This document shows positions 41,849-51,294 of a DNA stretch of 64,000 bases, in pieces (position 1 is the stretch's first letter; every line of letters starts with the position of its first letter). Source of the stretch: Gemmatimonadales bacterium. GTDB taxonomy: Bacteria > Gemmatimonadota > Gemmatimonadetes > Gemmatimonadales > GWC2-71-9. A program made the position numbers and the translations under genes. Under the pieces are notes generated by a model. The model worked only from the letters and a program-made list of their open reading frames with translations. It was not told the origin of the DNA and searched no databases. Location: NCBI GenBank assembly GCA_036741715.1, contig DAINRR010000005.1:25203-89202 (forward strand), in the 5' to 3' direction.

Positions 41849-43807
41849 GCTCGCCAACTTCGCCAGCCGGAACGCCACGACGTAGTCCCCTTCCCCGAAC
41901 GGCCCCCCTCCCCCGACCGCGATCGCCACGAACTGCTCGCCGGTCGCGAGCTGCCACGTCATCGGCGTCGCCTTCCCGCTCTCGGGAAGCGGGCCGCGCC
42001 AGAGCTCGCGTCCGCTCTCGATGTCGTACGCCTTGAGCGAGCGATCGAGCGCTGCGCCGATGAAGACCAGGCCACCCGCCGTCGTGATCGGGCCGCCGAG
42101 GTTGATCGAGCCCCAGTCGGGCGGCAGCGGTGTGCCCTCCGGAACCAGGCGCTCGAGCGAGCCGAGCGGGACCGTCCAGCGATGCTTTCCGGTGTCGAGA
42201 TCGATCGCGACGAGCGCGCCGAACGGGGGCGGGGTGCACGGAAGGCCGGATGGCGCGCGCAGCAGGCGCCGCCGCATCACGTACGGCGTCCGGCTCATGA
42301 TGTTGTATTCGTAGCCCAGGCCGAGCCGCTCGCTCTCCGCCTCCGCCGCGTCGAAGTCCACCGACTCGCGCGGAAGCAGCTGCACTTCGGCCGCGATGCG
42401 ATTGACGGGCACGACGGCGATCCGCCGCACCGGGTCCCACGCGAGCCCGCCCCAGTGCGCGCCGCCGATGTTGGACGGCATGACGAGCGTGCCCTGGGTG
42501 TCCGGAGGCGTGAAGATCCCCTCGTTCCGGAGCGGCGCGATCATGGCGCGACAGGCCGCACGGTCCGCCTCGGCCGCGCCCCAGGCGTCGTCGGCCGTGA
42601 AGGCGTGCGGACTGAGCGGCGCGATGCCCGTCGTGAACGGCTGCGTCCGCGACGCCTCCTCACCGGGGATCCGGCTTGCCGGCACGGGGCGCTCTTCGAC
42701 GGGAAAGAGCGGCTCGCCGGTTTCGCGGTGCAGCACGAAGAGCATGCCGGTCTTCGTCGCCTGCAGCACGGCGGGGACCTCGACGCCATCGCGCACGAGC
42801 ATCACGAGCGCAGGCGGGGCCGCGTTGTCGTAGTCCCAGAGATCGTGGTGCACGCTCTGGAACGACCAGACGCGCTTGCCGGTCGAGGCGCGGAGTGCCA
42901 CGAGCGAGTTGGCGTAGCGGTTGTCCCCGAGCCGGAGCGCCCCGTAGTAGTCGGGCGCGGCGCTGCCGGTCGGAATGAAGACGAGATCGCGCTCGGCGTC
43001 CGCCACCAGGACCGACCAGGCGTTGGCTCCGCCGGTTCCGTGCGCGAGCTTGCCGCGCCAGTCGCCGAAGGCGGGGTCGGCCGAATCCTGCGGAATCGGG
43101 TCCCAGCTCCAGCGCAACGCGCCGGTGCGCGCGTCGTACGCCCGCACCTCGCCGCTCGGCAGGTCGGGGCGGGTGTTGTCGCCGATCGACGAGCCGGTGA
43201 TCACGAGATCGTTCACGACCGCGGGCGGCGACGTCATCGTGTACGCCGCCGGCTCGAACGGCGCGATGCGGAGGCCGCGCGTGAGGTCCACGATGCCGTT
43301 CTCACCGAACCGGCGGCAGACCGACCCGCTCGCCGCGTCGAGCGCGATGAGCTGCGACTGCGCGGTCGCGACGAAGATGCGGCGGCGGCACGGCGCGCCG
43401 CTTGCCGCCTTCGGATCCACCCACAGCGATACGCCGCGGCTCGCGAAATCTCCATAATCGACATCGCGGCGGATCTTCGGGTCGTAGACCCACCGTTCGC
43501 GGCCCGTCGCGGCGTCGAGCGCGATCACCCGGCCGAGCGGCGTGCCGATGTACATCAGACCCTCGTGCACGAGAGGCGTCGCCTCGAAGGAGGCAGGGGT
43601 CGACGTGGCGTAGGCGGGCCCCGACTCGCCCGTGCGGTACGTCCATGCGACGTGCAGGCGAGTCACGTTCTCGCGAGTGATCGCGGCCGCGGGCGAGTGG
43701 CGCGTGCCGCCGGCGTCGCGACCGTTCGCTTCCCAGCCGATTTCCTGCGCGGCGGCGGACGCGTTGACGGTGATCAGGGCGGCCGCGAGAGTGATCAGGC
43801 ATTTCAC
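41603..43807 (-). CDS. PQQ-dependent dehydrogenase (quinoprotein glucose/alcohol dehydrogenase family), secreted
   Basis: Propeller blocks are 'TRHSPAAAITRENVTRLHVAWTYRTG', 'EATPLVHEGLMYIGT', 'GANAWSVLVADAERDLVFIPTGSAAPDYYG', 'SVHHDLWDYD', 'GGAHWGG', 'LKAYDIESGRELW'. Start set to GVG-type GTG 43807 ((M)KCLITLAAALITVNASAAAQE, GGAGCG upstream). The track start is 43852. The last roughly 86 codons (41606-43863 region end, i.e. 41606-41863) are a doubtful extension; see findings. Confidence 0.85.
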   Translation of the reverse strand: MKCLITLAAALITVNASAAAQEIGWEANGRDAGGTRHSPAAAITRENVTRLHVAWTYRTGESGPAYATSTPASFEATPLVHEGLMYIGTPLGRVIALDAATGRERWVYDPKIRRDVDYGDFASRGVSLWVDPKAASGAPCRRRIFVATAQSQLIALDAASGSVCRRFGENGIVDLTRGLRIAPFEPAAYTMTSPPAVVNDLVITGSSIGDNTRPDLPSGEVRAYDARTGALRWSWDPIPQDSADPAFGDWRGKLAHGTGGANAWSVLVADAERDLVFIPTGSAAPDYYGALRLGDNRYANSLVALRASTGKRVWSFQSVHHDLWDYDNAAPPALVMLVRDGVEVPAVLQATKTGMLFVLHRETGEPLFPVEERPVPASRIPGEEASRTQPFTTGIAPLSPHAFTADDAWGAAEADRAACRAMIAPLRNEGIFTPPDTQGTLVMPSNIGGAHWGGLAWDPVRRIAVVPVNRIAAEVQLLPRESVDFDAAEAESERLGLGYEYNIMSRTPYVMRRRLLRAPSGLPCTPPPFGALVAIDLDTGKHRWTVPLGSLERLVPEGTPLPPDWGSINLGGPITTAGGLVFIGAALDRSLKAYDIESGRELWRGPLPESGKATPMTWQLATGEQFVAIAVGGGGPFGEGDYVVAFRLAKLASSGRTRHDHEAAPPGIEGDDRDPAGLKHHRRIERHRRRKRRALAARALRPLALRAVGGDAGIVVVILIVVLVSRRIGLAPRE

Positions 43808-43824
43808 GAATGCACGCTCCGGTC

Positions 43825-44754
43825 TCAGTGCAGAGGCTTCTCGTAGCGCCACACCGTGATCGCCACGATCCCTTCAGGCGTCGTCAGGTTGCTCACGACC
43901 TCGCCCGTCCGGCGCCATCCGCTCTTCTCGTAGAAACGGGCGGCGCGATGGTTGCCGATGGCGCAGTCGAGCCACGCCACGGTGAAACCCCGCGCCACGA
44001 GCTGCCGTTCCGCGTCGGCGATGAGCGCGGAGGCCACGCCGGCGCCTCGGGCGCGGGCCGAAACGTAGAGCTGGTTCAGCTCGCCACCCTTCAGCATGTG
44101 AAACCCGCGCGGATCGCGGGGCGGGCCGGCAACGCGGACATCCGATAGGGCCGCCGAGAGGCGTTCCGCGAACCGCTCCGGGGTACGATCGCGCTTCAGC
44201 TCCTCGGGGAGGATGGCAGCGTGGGCATCCTGCCAGCCGTCGAACCAGAGGGCGGCCAGGGGCTCGATGTCAGCGGGGCTCGCGTCGCGGACGGCGACGC
44301 TGCCCTCGACGAGTCGCGCCAGCTTCCCCAGCGACAGCCGCCAGCCGAGCTCGTTGTCGGCCGGCGACAATCCGGAAGGAAGCCCGGCGTGGACAGCGAC
44401 GAGCTCGGTCCCGCCATCCCGATCGGCGAGCGAGAACGTCACCGTCATTTCGCCCTGCATCGTCGGATCCTGCGTTTCGAACTCGACGGTGTGCACGACC
44501 CGCTCGCCGGGCACGAGCTCGAGGTAGCGCCCGTGCCAGGTATCGGTGTGTGCGGTGGTCTTTCCCGCCGGCCCGGGCTCGTCATAGGTGAGCGAGACGC
44601 GGATCCGCCCGCCCGCGCGCGTATCGAGCTCGTGCACTTCGCTCGACATGCCGTCGGGGACCATCCAGGCGCGCAGCGACTCCGCCTCGACGAGGGCGCG
44701 GTAGACGGCGCTGCGCGGAGCGGCAATATGCCGGATGAGGCGAGTCGATGACAT
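43825..44754 (-). CDS. fusion of SRPBCC/AHSA1-like domain and GNAT acetyltransferase domain
   Basis: The N-terminal half has 'RHIAAPRSAVYRALVEAESLRAWMVPDGM...VTFSLADRDGGTELV'. The C-terminal half has 'LYVSARARGAGVASALIADAE...NHRAARFYEKSGW'. Start is ATG 44754 (the track uses TTG 44760). Confidence 0.85.
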   Translation of the reverse strand: MSSTRLIRHIAAPRSAVYRALVEAESLRAWMVPDGMSSEVHELDTRAGGRIRVSLTYDEPGPAGKTTAHTDTWHGRYLELVPGERVVHTVEFETQDPTMQGEMTVTFSLADRDGGTELVAVHAGLPSGLSPADNELGWRLSLGKLARLVEGSVAVRDASPADIEPLAALWFDGWQDAHAAILPEELKRDRTPERFAERLSAALSDVRVAGPPRDPRGFHMLKGGELNQLYVSARARGAGVASALIADAERQLVARGFTVAWLDCAIGNHRAARFYEKSGWRRTGEVVSNLTTPEGIVAITVWRYEKPLH

Positions 44755-44763
44755 CGGCAACTC

Positions 44764-46860
44764 TCACTCGAGATTCATCGCGCGCATCAGCGCCTGGAAC
44801 CGCGGATGCTCGCGGAGCGGCACGAAGAGAAACGATCCCTTGATGCTGTAGGTCGGTCCCGTGCGATCGGCAACCGCCCGCTCGAGGTAATCGAGCGCCC
44901 GGTCCGGTTCACCGAGGCCGGTGTGGATGTAGGCTAAATGGTATGGCGAGACGAACTCCCGCCCGGCGCGCTCCTCGAGCTCGCGGAGGAGCGCGCGCGC
45001 TTCCGCGACCCGGCCATCCATGCCGAGCATTTCCCCGAGCTGCGCGACCCAGAGCGGCGTCCGCGCCGAGCATTCGACGGCCCGCTCCAGCTCGGCGATG
45101 CCGCCTTCGCGGTCGCCGGTGAGGAAGCGGGCCCAGCCGAGGGTTGCGCGGGCGCGCGGGTGGTCCGGCTCGACCTCGACGACCTGCCGGACGTTCACGA
45201 GCGCCTCATCATACCGCCCGGCGCGGAGGAGCATCGTGGACATGTCCGTTCGATTCGCGGCCGGATCGAGCTCCTGCGCCTGCCGGCCGAGCGGGATCGC
45301 TTCCTCGAACCGGCCCGTCGCCCAGCAGAGGCGCGCCAGAAGATCGATCGCGTACCCGCTGCCGGGGCTCAGCTCGACGGCGCGCCGCAGCCCCGCCTCG
45401 GCCGTGCGCCAGTCGAAGTCCGCGACCATCCTCAGGTAGCCCCGGGTGGCGTGCGCGTCGCTCAGGTCGGGCGCGAGCTCGAGGGCGCGCGCCGCGGCGA
45501 CGGTGGCGCACGCGAAAAGCTCCTTGGTCGGCCTCGCCGCCAGCTCCGCAAGCTCGACGAACGTCATCGCGAGGAGCGAGTGCGCGAGGGCGAATCCGGG
45601 ATCTCGCGCGATCGCCGCCCCGAGCAGCGTCACGGCGCGCTCCATTTCGGGCGCCGTGAACTGGATGAACGCCTGCCGGCCCCGGAGGAAGAGGCGGTAC
45701 GCCTGGATGTCCTGCGTCGGCTCCGCGCGCACGCGGCCCCGCTCGTCGGGGGAGAGCTCGGCCCGGAGCGCGGCGGCGATCTGCAGCGCGAGGTCGGTCT
45801 GGATCGCGAAGATGTCGCTGATCTCGCGATCGTAGGTCTCGCTCCAGAGGGGCCGCCCCGACGCCGCATCCAGGAGCGTCGCCACGACGCGCACGCGATT
45901 CCCCGCATGACGCACGCTGCCATCCAGGACGGTCCGGACGCCGAGCGCCGCGGCGATCTCCCCGACCGGTCGGTCGCGGGAGCGGAACGGCATGACGGAC
46001 GATCGGGCGATGACGCGCAGCGACCGGATCTTCGAGAGATGCGCAATCACGTCCTCGGTGACGCCGTCGGCGAAGTACTCCTGCTCGCCGGCGCCTCCGA
46101 GACCGAGGAACGGCAGCACCGCCACGGATGGCATCGGGGCCGCCGCCGCGGGGGCGCGGCGCAGCTCGTCGGCAAGCGCCTGCACCGCGGGCTCGGGCGG
46201 AAGTTCGAGGTCCTTCCGCACGCGGTGTGCGTGATCCGCGGCATGACGGAGCGCGGCAGGACGGTCACCCCCGGCGTCGAGGGCGCGCATGAGGCGGCAG
46301 GCGTGGTGGGCGGAGTGCGGATCGAGTGCGGCCAGCCGGCGGGCCGCAGCGAGGCGCGCAGCGATGTCGCCCGACCGCTCCGCGGCGTCGCCGGCCGCGA
46401 CAAGGATGCGCGCGTATTCCGCGGCGAGCTGGCTCCGCCGCGCATCGAGCCACTGCATGAACTCGGACGACTCGGGGAGATGGAACCCCTCGAGGAGCGT
46501 GCCGGCGTACGCCTGTGTGGCGGCTTCCGCATCGCGGGCGGCGAGCGCGGCGCGGAGCTCGTGGAAGTCGCACTGGACGCCGGCGGGCTCGAAGACGAGA
46601 CCATCCCCTACCGACCGGATGACCCCTTCGCCGAGCGCGCCGCGGAGAACGTGGACGGAAAGGTTGAGGAGCCGCCGGGCGGCCGCATCGTCGCGCTCGG
46701 GCCAGAGGAGTGCGAAGGCGCGATCGCGGGCGAGCGGCCGCGGCCAGGCGTCAATGACGAGCGTGAGGAGTGCAACGCGGTGGCGCTGCGACGGCGGGCC
46801 GCTCAGCACCGTGTCGCCGGCGCGGAGGCAGGCCCCGCCGAGGAGGGAGATCGCAATCAT
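44764..46860 (-). CDS. SARP/BTAD-family regulator with periplasmic TolB_N-like and TPR domains (paralogue 2)
   Basis: wHTH 'QRHRVALLTLVIDAWPRPLARDRAFALLWPE', BTAD 'FHELRAALAARD...YAGTLLEGFHLPESSEFMQWLDARR', then 'VAVLPFLGLGG...FADGVTEDVIAHL' and TPR repeats. Confidence 0.9.
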   Translation of the reverse strand: MIAISLLGGACLRAGDTVLSGPPSQRHRVALLTLVIDAWPRPLARDRAFALLWPERDDAAARRLLNLSVHVLRGALGEGVIRSVGDGLVFEPAGVQCDFHELRAALAARDAEAATQAYAGTLLEGFHLPESSEFMQWLDARRSQLAAEYARILVAAGDAAERSGDIAARLAAARRLAALDPHSAHHACRLMRALDAGGDRPAALRHAADHAHRVRKDLELPPEPAVQALADELRRAPAAAAPMPSVAVLPFLGLGGAGEQEYFADGVTEDVIAHLSKIRSLRVIARSSVMPFRSRDRPVGEIAAALGVRTVLDGSVRHAGNRVRVVATLLDAASGRPLWSETYDREISDIFAIQTDLALQIAAALRAELSPDERGRVRAEPTQDIQAYRLFLRGRQAFIQFTAPEMERAVTLLGAAIARDPGFALAHSLLAMTFVELAELAARPTKELFACATVAAARALELAPDLSDAHATRGYLRMVADFDWRTAEAGLRRAVELSPGSGYAIDLLARLCWATGRFEEAIPLGRQAQELDPAANRTDMSTMLLRAGRYDEALVNVRQVVEVEPDHPRARATLGWARFLTGDREGGIAELERAVECSARTPLWVAQLGEMLGMDGRVAEARALLRELEERAGREFVSPYHLAYIHTGLGEPDRALDYLERAVADRTGPTYSIKGSFLFVPLREHPRFQALMRAMNLE

Positions 46861-46970
46861 CGCAGCCCGGCTAATTCCCGGCTAACGCGGAGGAGCAGGG
46901 CGCGTAAACCGGCGTCGCGCATGTTGCCCCCTCACATGGAAGTACTCTCACCTCGACTCCGGAGCGTTTC

Positions 46971-47552
46971 ATGAAGCCATCCATTCTCCTCCTCGCTGCG
47001 GCCGTGCTCGTCGCCGCCTGTGATGCGGGCACGCCCGTCGCCACCGAATCGCCGTCCGTCGTGAGCGCGGCCATGGGCGGGCTCGCTCCCGACGAGCTGT
47101 CGCCCGAGCTCATGAAGGACCTGGCACGCGCCCGGTCGGCCACGGCGCGCTTCCATCGCTTCGCCGCCGCGGACGCCGCCGAATACGACTTCCTGTTCAT
47201 GGATATGTGCATGGAGAACCAGCCCACGGGCGGCATGGGCTATCACTATGTCAATGTCGGGCTGCTGAACGACGTTGTCGAGGTCGAGCACCCCGAGGCG
47301 GTCATGTACGAACCGGGCCCGAACGGGCAGCTCCGGCTGGTGGGGCTGGAATACGTGATTCCGGCAGCGGCGTGGACCTCGGAGGACCCACCGGTGCTCT
47401 TCGGGCAGGAGTTCACGCTCAACCAGTTCGACCTCTGGGCGCTGCACGTCTGGATCTGGAAGGAGAACCCGCGCGGGATCTTCGCGGACTGGAACCCGAG
47501 GGTCGGCTGCGCGAATGCGACCGAGGTGACCGGCGCGGGGAGCCACCACTGA
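46971..47552 (+). CDS. lipoprotein of unrecognised family (paralogue of 60280-60897)
   Basis: GGAG before the ATG and lipobox 'AAVLVAAC'. Blocks shared with the paralogue are 'ARFHR', 'GGMGYHYVN', 'EHPEAVMYEPGPNGQLRLVGLEYV' and 'HVWIWKENPRGIFADWNP.V.C'. Confidence 0.75.
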   Translation: MKPSILLLAAAVLVAACDAGTPVATESPSVVSAAMGGLAPDELSPELMKDLARARSATARFHRFAAADAAEYDFLFMDMCMENQPTGGMGYHYVNVGLLNDVVEVEHPEAVMYEPGPNGQLRLVGLEYVIPAAAWTSEDPPVLFGQEFTLNQFDLWALHVWIWKENPRGIFADWNPRVGCANATEVTGAGSHH

Positions 47553-47851
47553 TGCCCCGCTACCTCATCGAGCGGGAGATTCCCGACGCGGGCGCACTCT
47601 CGCCGGCGGAGCTGAGGGCGATCGCGGAGAAATCGTGCGCCGTGCTTCGCGACATGGGGCCCACGATCCAGTGGGTGCAGAGCTACGTGACCGAGGACAA
47701 GATCACCTGCGTCTATCTCGCACCCAATGCTGACCTCCTCCGCGAGCACGCCCGGCTCGGCAGGTTCCCGGCGGACCGGGTGCTCGAGGTGGCAGCGGTG
47801 ATCGATCCGACGACGGCAGAGCTGGGGATGCTGTCGGAGGCAGGGGCGTAG
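47552..47851 (+). CDS. DUF4242-like small protein
   Basis: ATG 47552 overlaps the preceding stop (TGATG). 'MPRYLIEREIPDAGALSPAELRAIAEKSCAVLRDMGPTIQWVQSYVTEDKITCVYLAPN' fits the DUF4242 pattern from memory. Confidence 0.75.
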   Translation: MPRYLIEREIPDAGALSPAELRAIAEKSCAVLRDMGPTIQWVQSYVTEDKITCVYLAPNADLLREHARLGRFPADRVLEVAAVIDPTTAELGMLSEAGA

Positions 47852-47882
47852 GGCGGTTCAGGCGTCGTTGCGGGGAGCGAAG

Positions 47883-47931
47883 CGACGAAGCAATCGGGTT
47901 GCGTACTCACCGCGACCCGATTGCTTCGTCG
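47883..47931. terminator. 17-bp perfect stem hairpin between convergent genes (candidate bidirectional terminator)
   Basis: CGACGAAGCAATCGGGT (47883-47899) and ACCCGATTGCTTCGTCG (47915-47931) with a 15-nt loop. It lies between the stop at 47851 (+) and the stop at 47966 (-). Confidence 0.5.
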
Positions 47932-47965
47932 GTCGCTTTGCGGCCTCCTCGCAATGACCGCCCGC

Positions 47966-48292
47966 TCAATCGCAGTTCGGGGCTCCGATGAAGCAGGGAA
48001 GCTGGTCCACGAGAAGCGAGCCCCAGAGCCACGCGGCGACGAGAACGATCGAAGCCGCGAGGAGCACCCGGCCGCGCGGCCGGCTGGTCGCCCCCGCCGG
48101 CCGGTGGAGGAGCCTGAAGGAGGAGCTGATCGACACCGTCGGGAGGAGCCAGAGGAGAGCGAAGAGCGCCGTTACCCCGACGATCCCATTCCGGCTTACG
48201 CCACCGCTCCGGATCTGGAGGATCGCAAAGGGCAGGATGAGGGCGAGTCCGGCGAGGGCGGCGAACCGATAGGGGTGCGCTCCGGTCGTCAT
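47966..48292 (-). CDS. small 3-TM membrane protein with C-terminal Cys pair
   Basis: Start trimmed to ATG 48292 (MTTGAHPYRFAALAGLALILPF...), with GAGG about 6 nt upstream. It ends '...QLPCFIGAPNCD'. Confidence 0.6.
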   Translation of the reverse strand: MTTGAHPYRFAALAGLALILPFAILQIRSGGVSRNGIVGVTALFALLWLLPTVSISSSFRLLHRPAGATSRPRGRVLLAASIVLVAAWLWGSLLVDQLPCFIGAPNCD

Positions 48293-48467
48293 GGCTGCCT
48301 CGGGAAGTGGAGGTCGGGAGTGCCACGCGGTGCTCGGACTACGACTTGCCGTCTCAATTATAGCAATTCCGGTTCGCAAACGCCCGCCCGCGCCCGGAAA
48401 CTACTCGCTCCCCGCCACGTATTACGTTTAGGTCTGCAACATCACCCTCGCCGGGAGGCTCCGCGCA

Positions 48468-48797
48468 ATGGCCCTCAACCCTCGCCTCTGGCAGCCCATC
48501 GCCGCATTCCTGTCGGTCGCCAACCTCGTGGGCGCGGGGATTCACCTGGGCATGGAACAGGGGGAAGGCGCGGCGATTCATGCACTGCTCGCCGCCGGCG
48601 CAGCCTGGTGGGCCGTCCGGCTCGGCCGGCATCGTGCCGCGGAACTTCAGAACCCGGATGCCGAGGAGCGCATGGAGCAGCTCGAGACGGAGTTGATGCA
48701 GCAGCGTCAGGAGCTGGCCGAGGCGCAGGAGCGGCTCGACTTCGCGGAGCGGCTGCTGGCGCAGAATGTCGAGCGGAAGCGGGACCTGCCGGGGTGA
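48468..48797 (+). CDS. small protein with two TM segments and a C-terminal coiled-coil, unknown function
   Basis: MALNPRLWQPIAAFLSVANLVGAGIHL...LLAAGAAWWAVRL, then 'MEQLETELMQQRQELAEAQERLDFAERLL'. It has no homology anchor. The competing minus ORF 48475-49341 is Arg/Pro-rich junk. Confidence 0.5.
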   Translation: MALNPRLWQPIAAFLSVANLVGAGIHLGMEQGEGAAIHALLAAGAAWWAVRLGRHRAAELQNPDAEERMEQLETELMQQRQELAEAQERLDFAERLLAQNVERKRDLPG

Positions 48798-48857
48798 GCT
48801 GAAACAGTCCGGATCGGACGCTGAGTCGTGGCCCCGGCCACGCGCCCCGTCTGAGCT

Positions 48858-49490
48858 CTATCGCGCTCCCTCCGGACTCGCGCGATACAGCTGCAGGGAA
48901 ACCACCGCCAGCCACGCCCACCCCATCACCACACTGAACCAGATACCGGTGATCCCCGCCGGCCCGAGCATCGCGCCGCCGAAGAAGCCCAGGAGGACGG
49001 CGAGCCCGCTCAGCAGGGAGAAGCCGGCGAGCGCCTTCGCTCCTCGTCTCCTGAACGCAGCTGCGGCGGAGAAACAGCTGATCGCGAGCGCCATGAAGCC
49101 GAGCGTGCCGGCAATGAAGTGGATCATGCCGGCGGTGCTGATGGCGGTGGGAAAGCCTTCGGGCGTGCCGGGCGGGAACCCGTCCACGGGGTCCGCGCGA
49201 AAGACGGCTGCGACGAGCATGCCCGCTCCGAACACGGAGAGAAAGAAGCTCGTTGCGCGCGAGCCGAGCGCCCGGCGAATGCCCGCAGCGGCGGCGATGA
49301 CGAGAAGGCCCGAGACGACGAAATTCGCAGTCTGCACCCACCCGCCTGGTCCGTTCGCGAGGACGCTGAGCGGATGGCGCGCGAAGTCGAAGCCCTCGCG
49401 CGTGAAGGCCTGGGCGAGACCCACGGCAAGGTAGAGCGGGCCGACGATGACTCCGGAACGGAGAAGGGACTGCGTGGCGCGGTCAGCCAC
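48858..49490 (-). CDS. DUF998-like multi-TM membrane protein
   Basis: I place the start at GTG 49490 ((M)ADRATQSLLRSGVIVGPLYL), overlapping the amidase stop by 8 nt. It has six hydrophobic helices. The upstream part of track ORF 48858-49706 is implausible. Confidence 0.7.
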   Translation of the reverse strand: MADRATQSLLRSGVIVGPLYLAVGLAQAFTREGFDFARHPLSVLANGPGGWVQTANFVVSGLLVIAAAAGIRRALGSRATSFFLSVFGAGMLVAAVFRADPVDGFPPGTPEGFPTAISTAGMIHFIAGTLGFMALAISCFSAAAAFRRRGAKALAGFSLLSGLAVLLGFFGGAMLGPAGITGIWFSVVMGWAWLAVVSLQLYRASPEGAR

Positions 49491-51081
49491 CCGGCGCCCT
49501 GAACCGCTTCGACTGCCGCTCGTATGCATGCGCGAGCGCGAGCACCTGCGCGTCCTCGCCGGGCAGGCCGACGACCGAGAGATTGAGCGCCGGCATCCCG
49601 TCATCATCATACCCTGCCGGCACCGACACTTCCGGCAACCCGAGCCAGTTCCCGTAGCCGAGCGCGGTCCGGACATCGGGCCACTCGTCGGGGAGCGGGA
49701 ACGCATTGAACGGCATCGTCGGGTAGACCATCGCCTTCACGCCCGCCGTCCGCATCGCGCTCGCGAGGCTCGAGACCACTTCCTCCCGCGACTTGGCGAA
49801 CGATTGCCCCGCAGGATCCTGCGCCATCGGCTGTCCGAAGAGCGGCTCGCACTCTTCGAACGTCTCGGGAAGCACGTCGTAGAATTTCCGGTAGGCGGGA
49901 TAGCCGATGCGAACGGCTTCGCGCGGGTCGGCGGTGCGGCCGGCGAAATAGGTGTAGAGCGCGTTGGCGGTCGGCGCGGGGGAGCGCGGGTCGGGCCCCA
50001 CGTCACCCCTCTGCTCGGCGGCTTCGGTGAAGAGCGCGCGGAAATTGGCGAGCGTCACCGGCGCGTCGAAGCGATCGATGACGGCGCCGGCCGAGCGGAG
50101 ATCGGCGACCGCGCGATCCCACGTCGCCACGGCGCTCGGCGTCATCTGCGCGCGGGGCACGTGCGCCTCGACGACGCCCAGCTGCACGCCCTCGAGCGCA
50201 TCGTCGCGGAGCGAGGTGAGGCGTGTCCCGTCCCACAGCCCGGCGAGGGCCAGCGGGTCCGACGGATCGGCGCCGGCGATCACGGCGAGCATCAGCGCGG
50301 CATCGGTCACCGTGCGCGCGAGCGGGCCGTGCGTATCGAGGTACGGCCAGGTGGGAATGACGCCGGTGCGCGGCACGAGACCGAACGTCGGCTTCATGCC
50401 GACGACGCCGGTGCACACCGCCGGGATCCGGTTCGACCCGCCGTCATCGGTGCCGAGCGCCGCGAACGCCATTCCGCACGCGACGGCGACGGCCGACCCC
50501 GCGCTCGACCCACCGGGCGTGCGCGTGCGCGTGCGATCGTACGGATTGATCACCTGGCCCGTGTGACTGCTCGTCCCCTCGCCTTCATAGGCAAAATCAT
50601 CTGCCGCCGTCTTGCCGAGGACGATCGCGCCGGCAGCACGGAGGCGGGAGACCTCGAGCGCGTCGCGGGATACGGGACTCGGGAAGAGCCGGGCCCACTC
50701 GGCGCTCGACGCCGTCGTGGGAAGGCCGGCCATGTCGTAGATCGACTTCGCGAACATCGGCACGCCCTCGAGCGGGCGCCGGAGCGTGCCCGCCCTGCGC
50801 CGCGCATCGGCCGCGCGCGCCTCGTCGAGTGCCGTGGGCGCGAGCGCGTCGATGGCGTGGAGCGCCATGCCCTGCCCCCGGCACCGCTCGAGTGCCGCCG
50901 CCGTGACCTCGGCCGAGGACCACCGGCCACGATGGAAGCCGGCGAGATACTCGGCGATGGTGCCGTCGAGCGGATCGTCGTCGGAGCCGCCGCCGGAGCG
51001 GGACACGGCACAGCCGGGAATTGCGGTCATGGCGGCGAGGGCGGCGAGCCGGGCGATGGCGTCGCGTCGGGAGAGAGACAT
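49483..51081 (-). CDS. amidase-signature family amidase with twin-arginine (Tat) signal
   Basis: Start is ATG 51081: 'MSLSRRDAIARLAALAAMTAIPGCAVS'. AS signature is 'GGSSAGSAVAVACGMAFAALGTDDGGSNRIPA'. Confidence 0.9.
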   Translation of the reverse strand: MSLSRRDAIARLAALAAMTAIPGCAVSRSGGGSDDDPLDGTIAEYLAGFHRGRWSSAEVTAAALERCRGQGMALHAIDALAPTALDEARAADARRRAGTLRRPLEGVPMFAKSIYDMAGLPTTASSAEWARLFPSPVSRDALEVSRLRAAGAIVLGKTAADDFAYEGEGTSSHTGQVINPYDRTRTRTPGGSSAGSAVAVACGMAFAALGTDDGGSNRIPAVCTGVVGMKPTFGLVPRTGVIPTWPYLDTHGPLARTVTDAALMLAVIAGADPSDPLALAGLWDGTRLTSLRDDALEGVQLGVVEAHVPRAQMTPSAVATWDRAVADLRSAGAVIDRFDAPVTLANFRALFTEAAEQRGDVGPDPRSPAPTANALYTYFAGRTADPREAVRIGYPAYRKFYDVLPETFEECEPLFGQPMAQDPAGQSFAKSREEVVSSLASAMRTAGVKAMVYPTMPFNAFPLPDEWPDVRTALGYGNWLGLPEVSVPAGYDDDGMPALNLSVVGLPGEDAQVLALAHAYERQSKRFRAPGG

Positions 51082-51232
51082 GAGAGCAGGGTCGAAAGGA
51101 ATCGGAACGCGAGACTGGCGACTGCCAGGGAAGTCAACGGGCAACATACTGCGTGTCGGCCAGTTGCGCAGGGGATGCGCGGGAGCGGATCCGGAGCGAA
51201 AGCAGGGGGCGTCGGAGCACGATCACAGAAGC

Positions 51233-51263
51233 GCGCAGCGGGGCCGGGTCAGGGACCCGGCCC
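51233..51263. repeat. asymmetric GC hairpin element, left copy
   Basis: GCGCAGCG-GGGCCGGGT-caggg-ACCCGGCCC. Its exact reverse complement (apart from the loop) is at 51859-51889. Confidence 0.7.
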
Positions 51264-51294
51264 TACGTGAGCGGATTCGTGGGCTCCGTTTTTT

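Noticed and set aside
44938-46974. 678-aa plus-strand ORF; likewise 61182-61781, 61863-62450 and 62742-63416
   Set aside because: These are antisense to the BTAD/TPR regulators. TPR genes rich in GCG/CGC codons give open antisense frames, and no motifs are present.
48357-48362. Perfect TATAAT on the minus strand upstream of the 47966-48292 gene
   Set aside because: The only TTG-like -35 candidate (TTGCGA) is just 11 nt away, which is the wrong spacing. A single hexamer is not enough to call a promoter.
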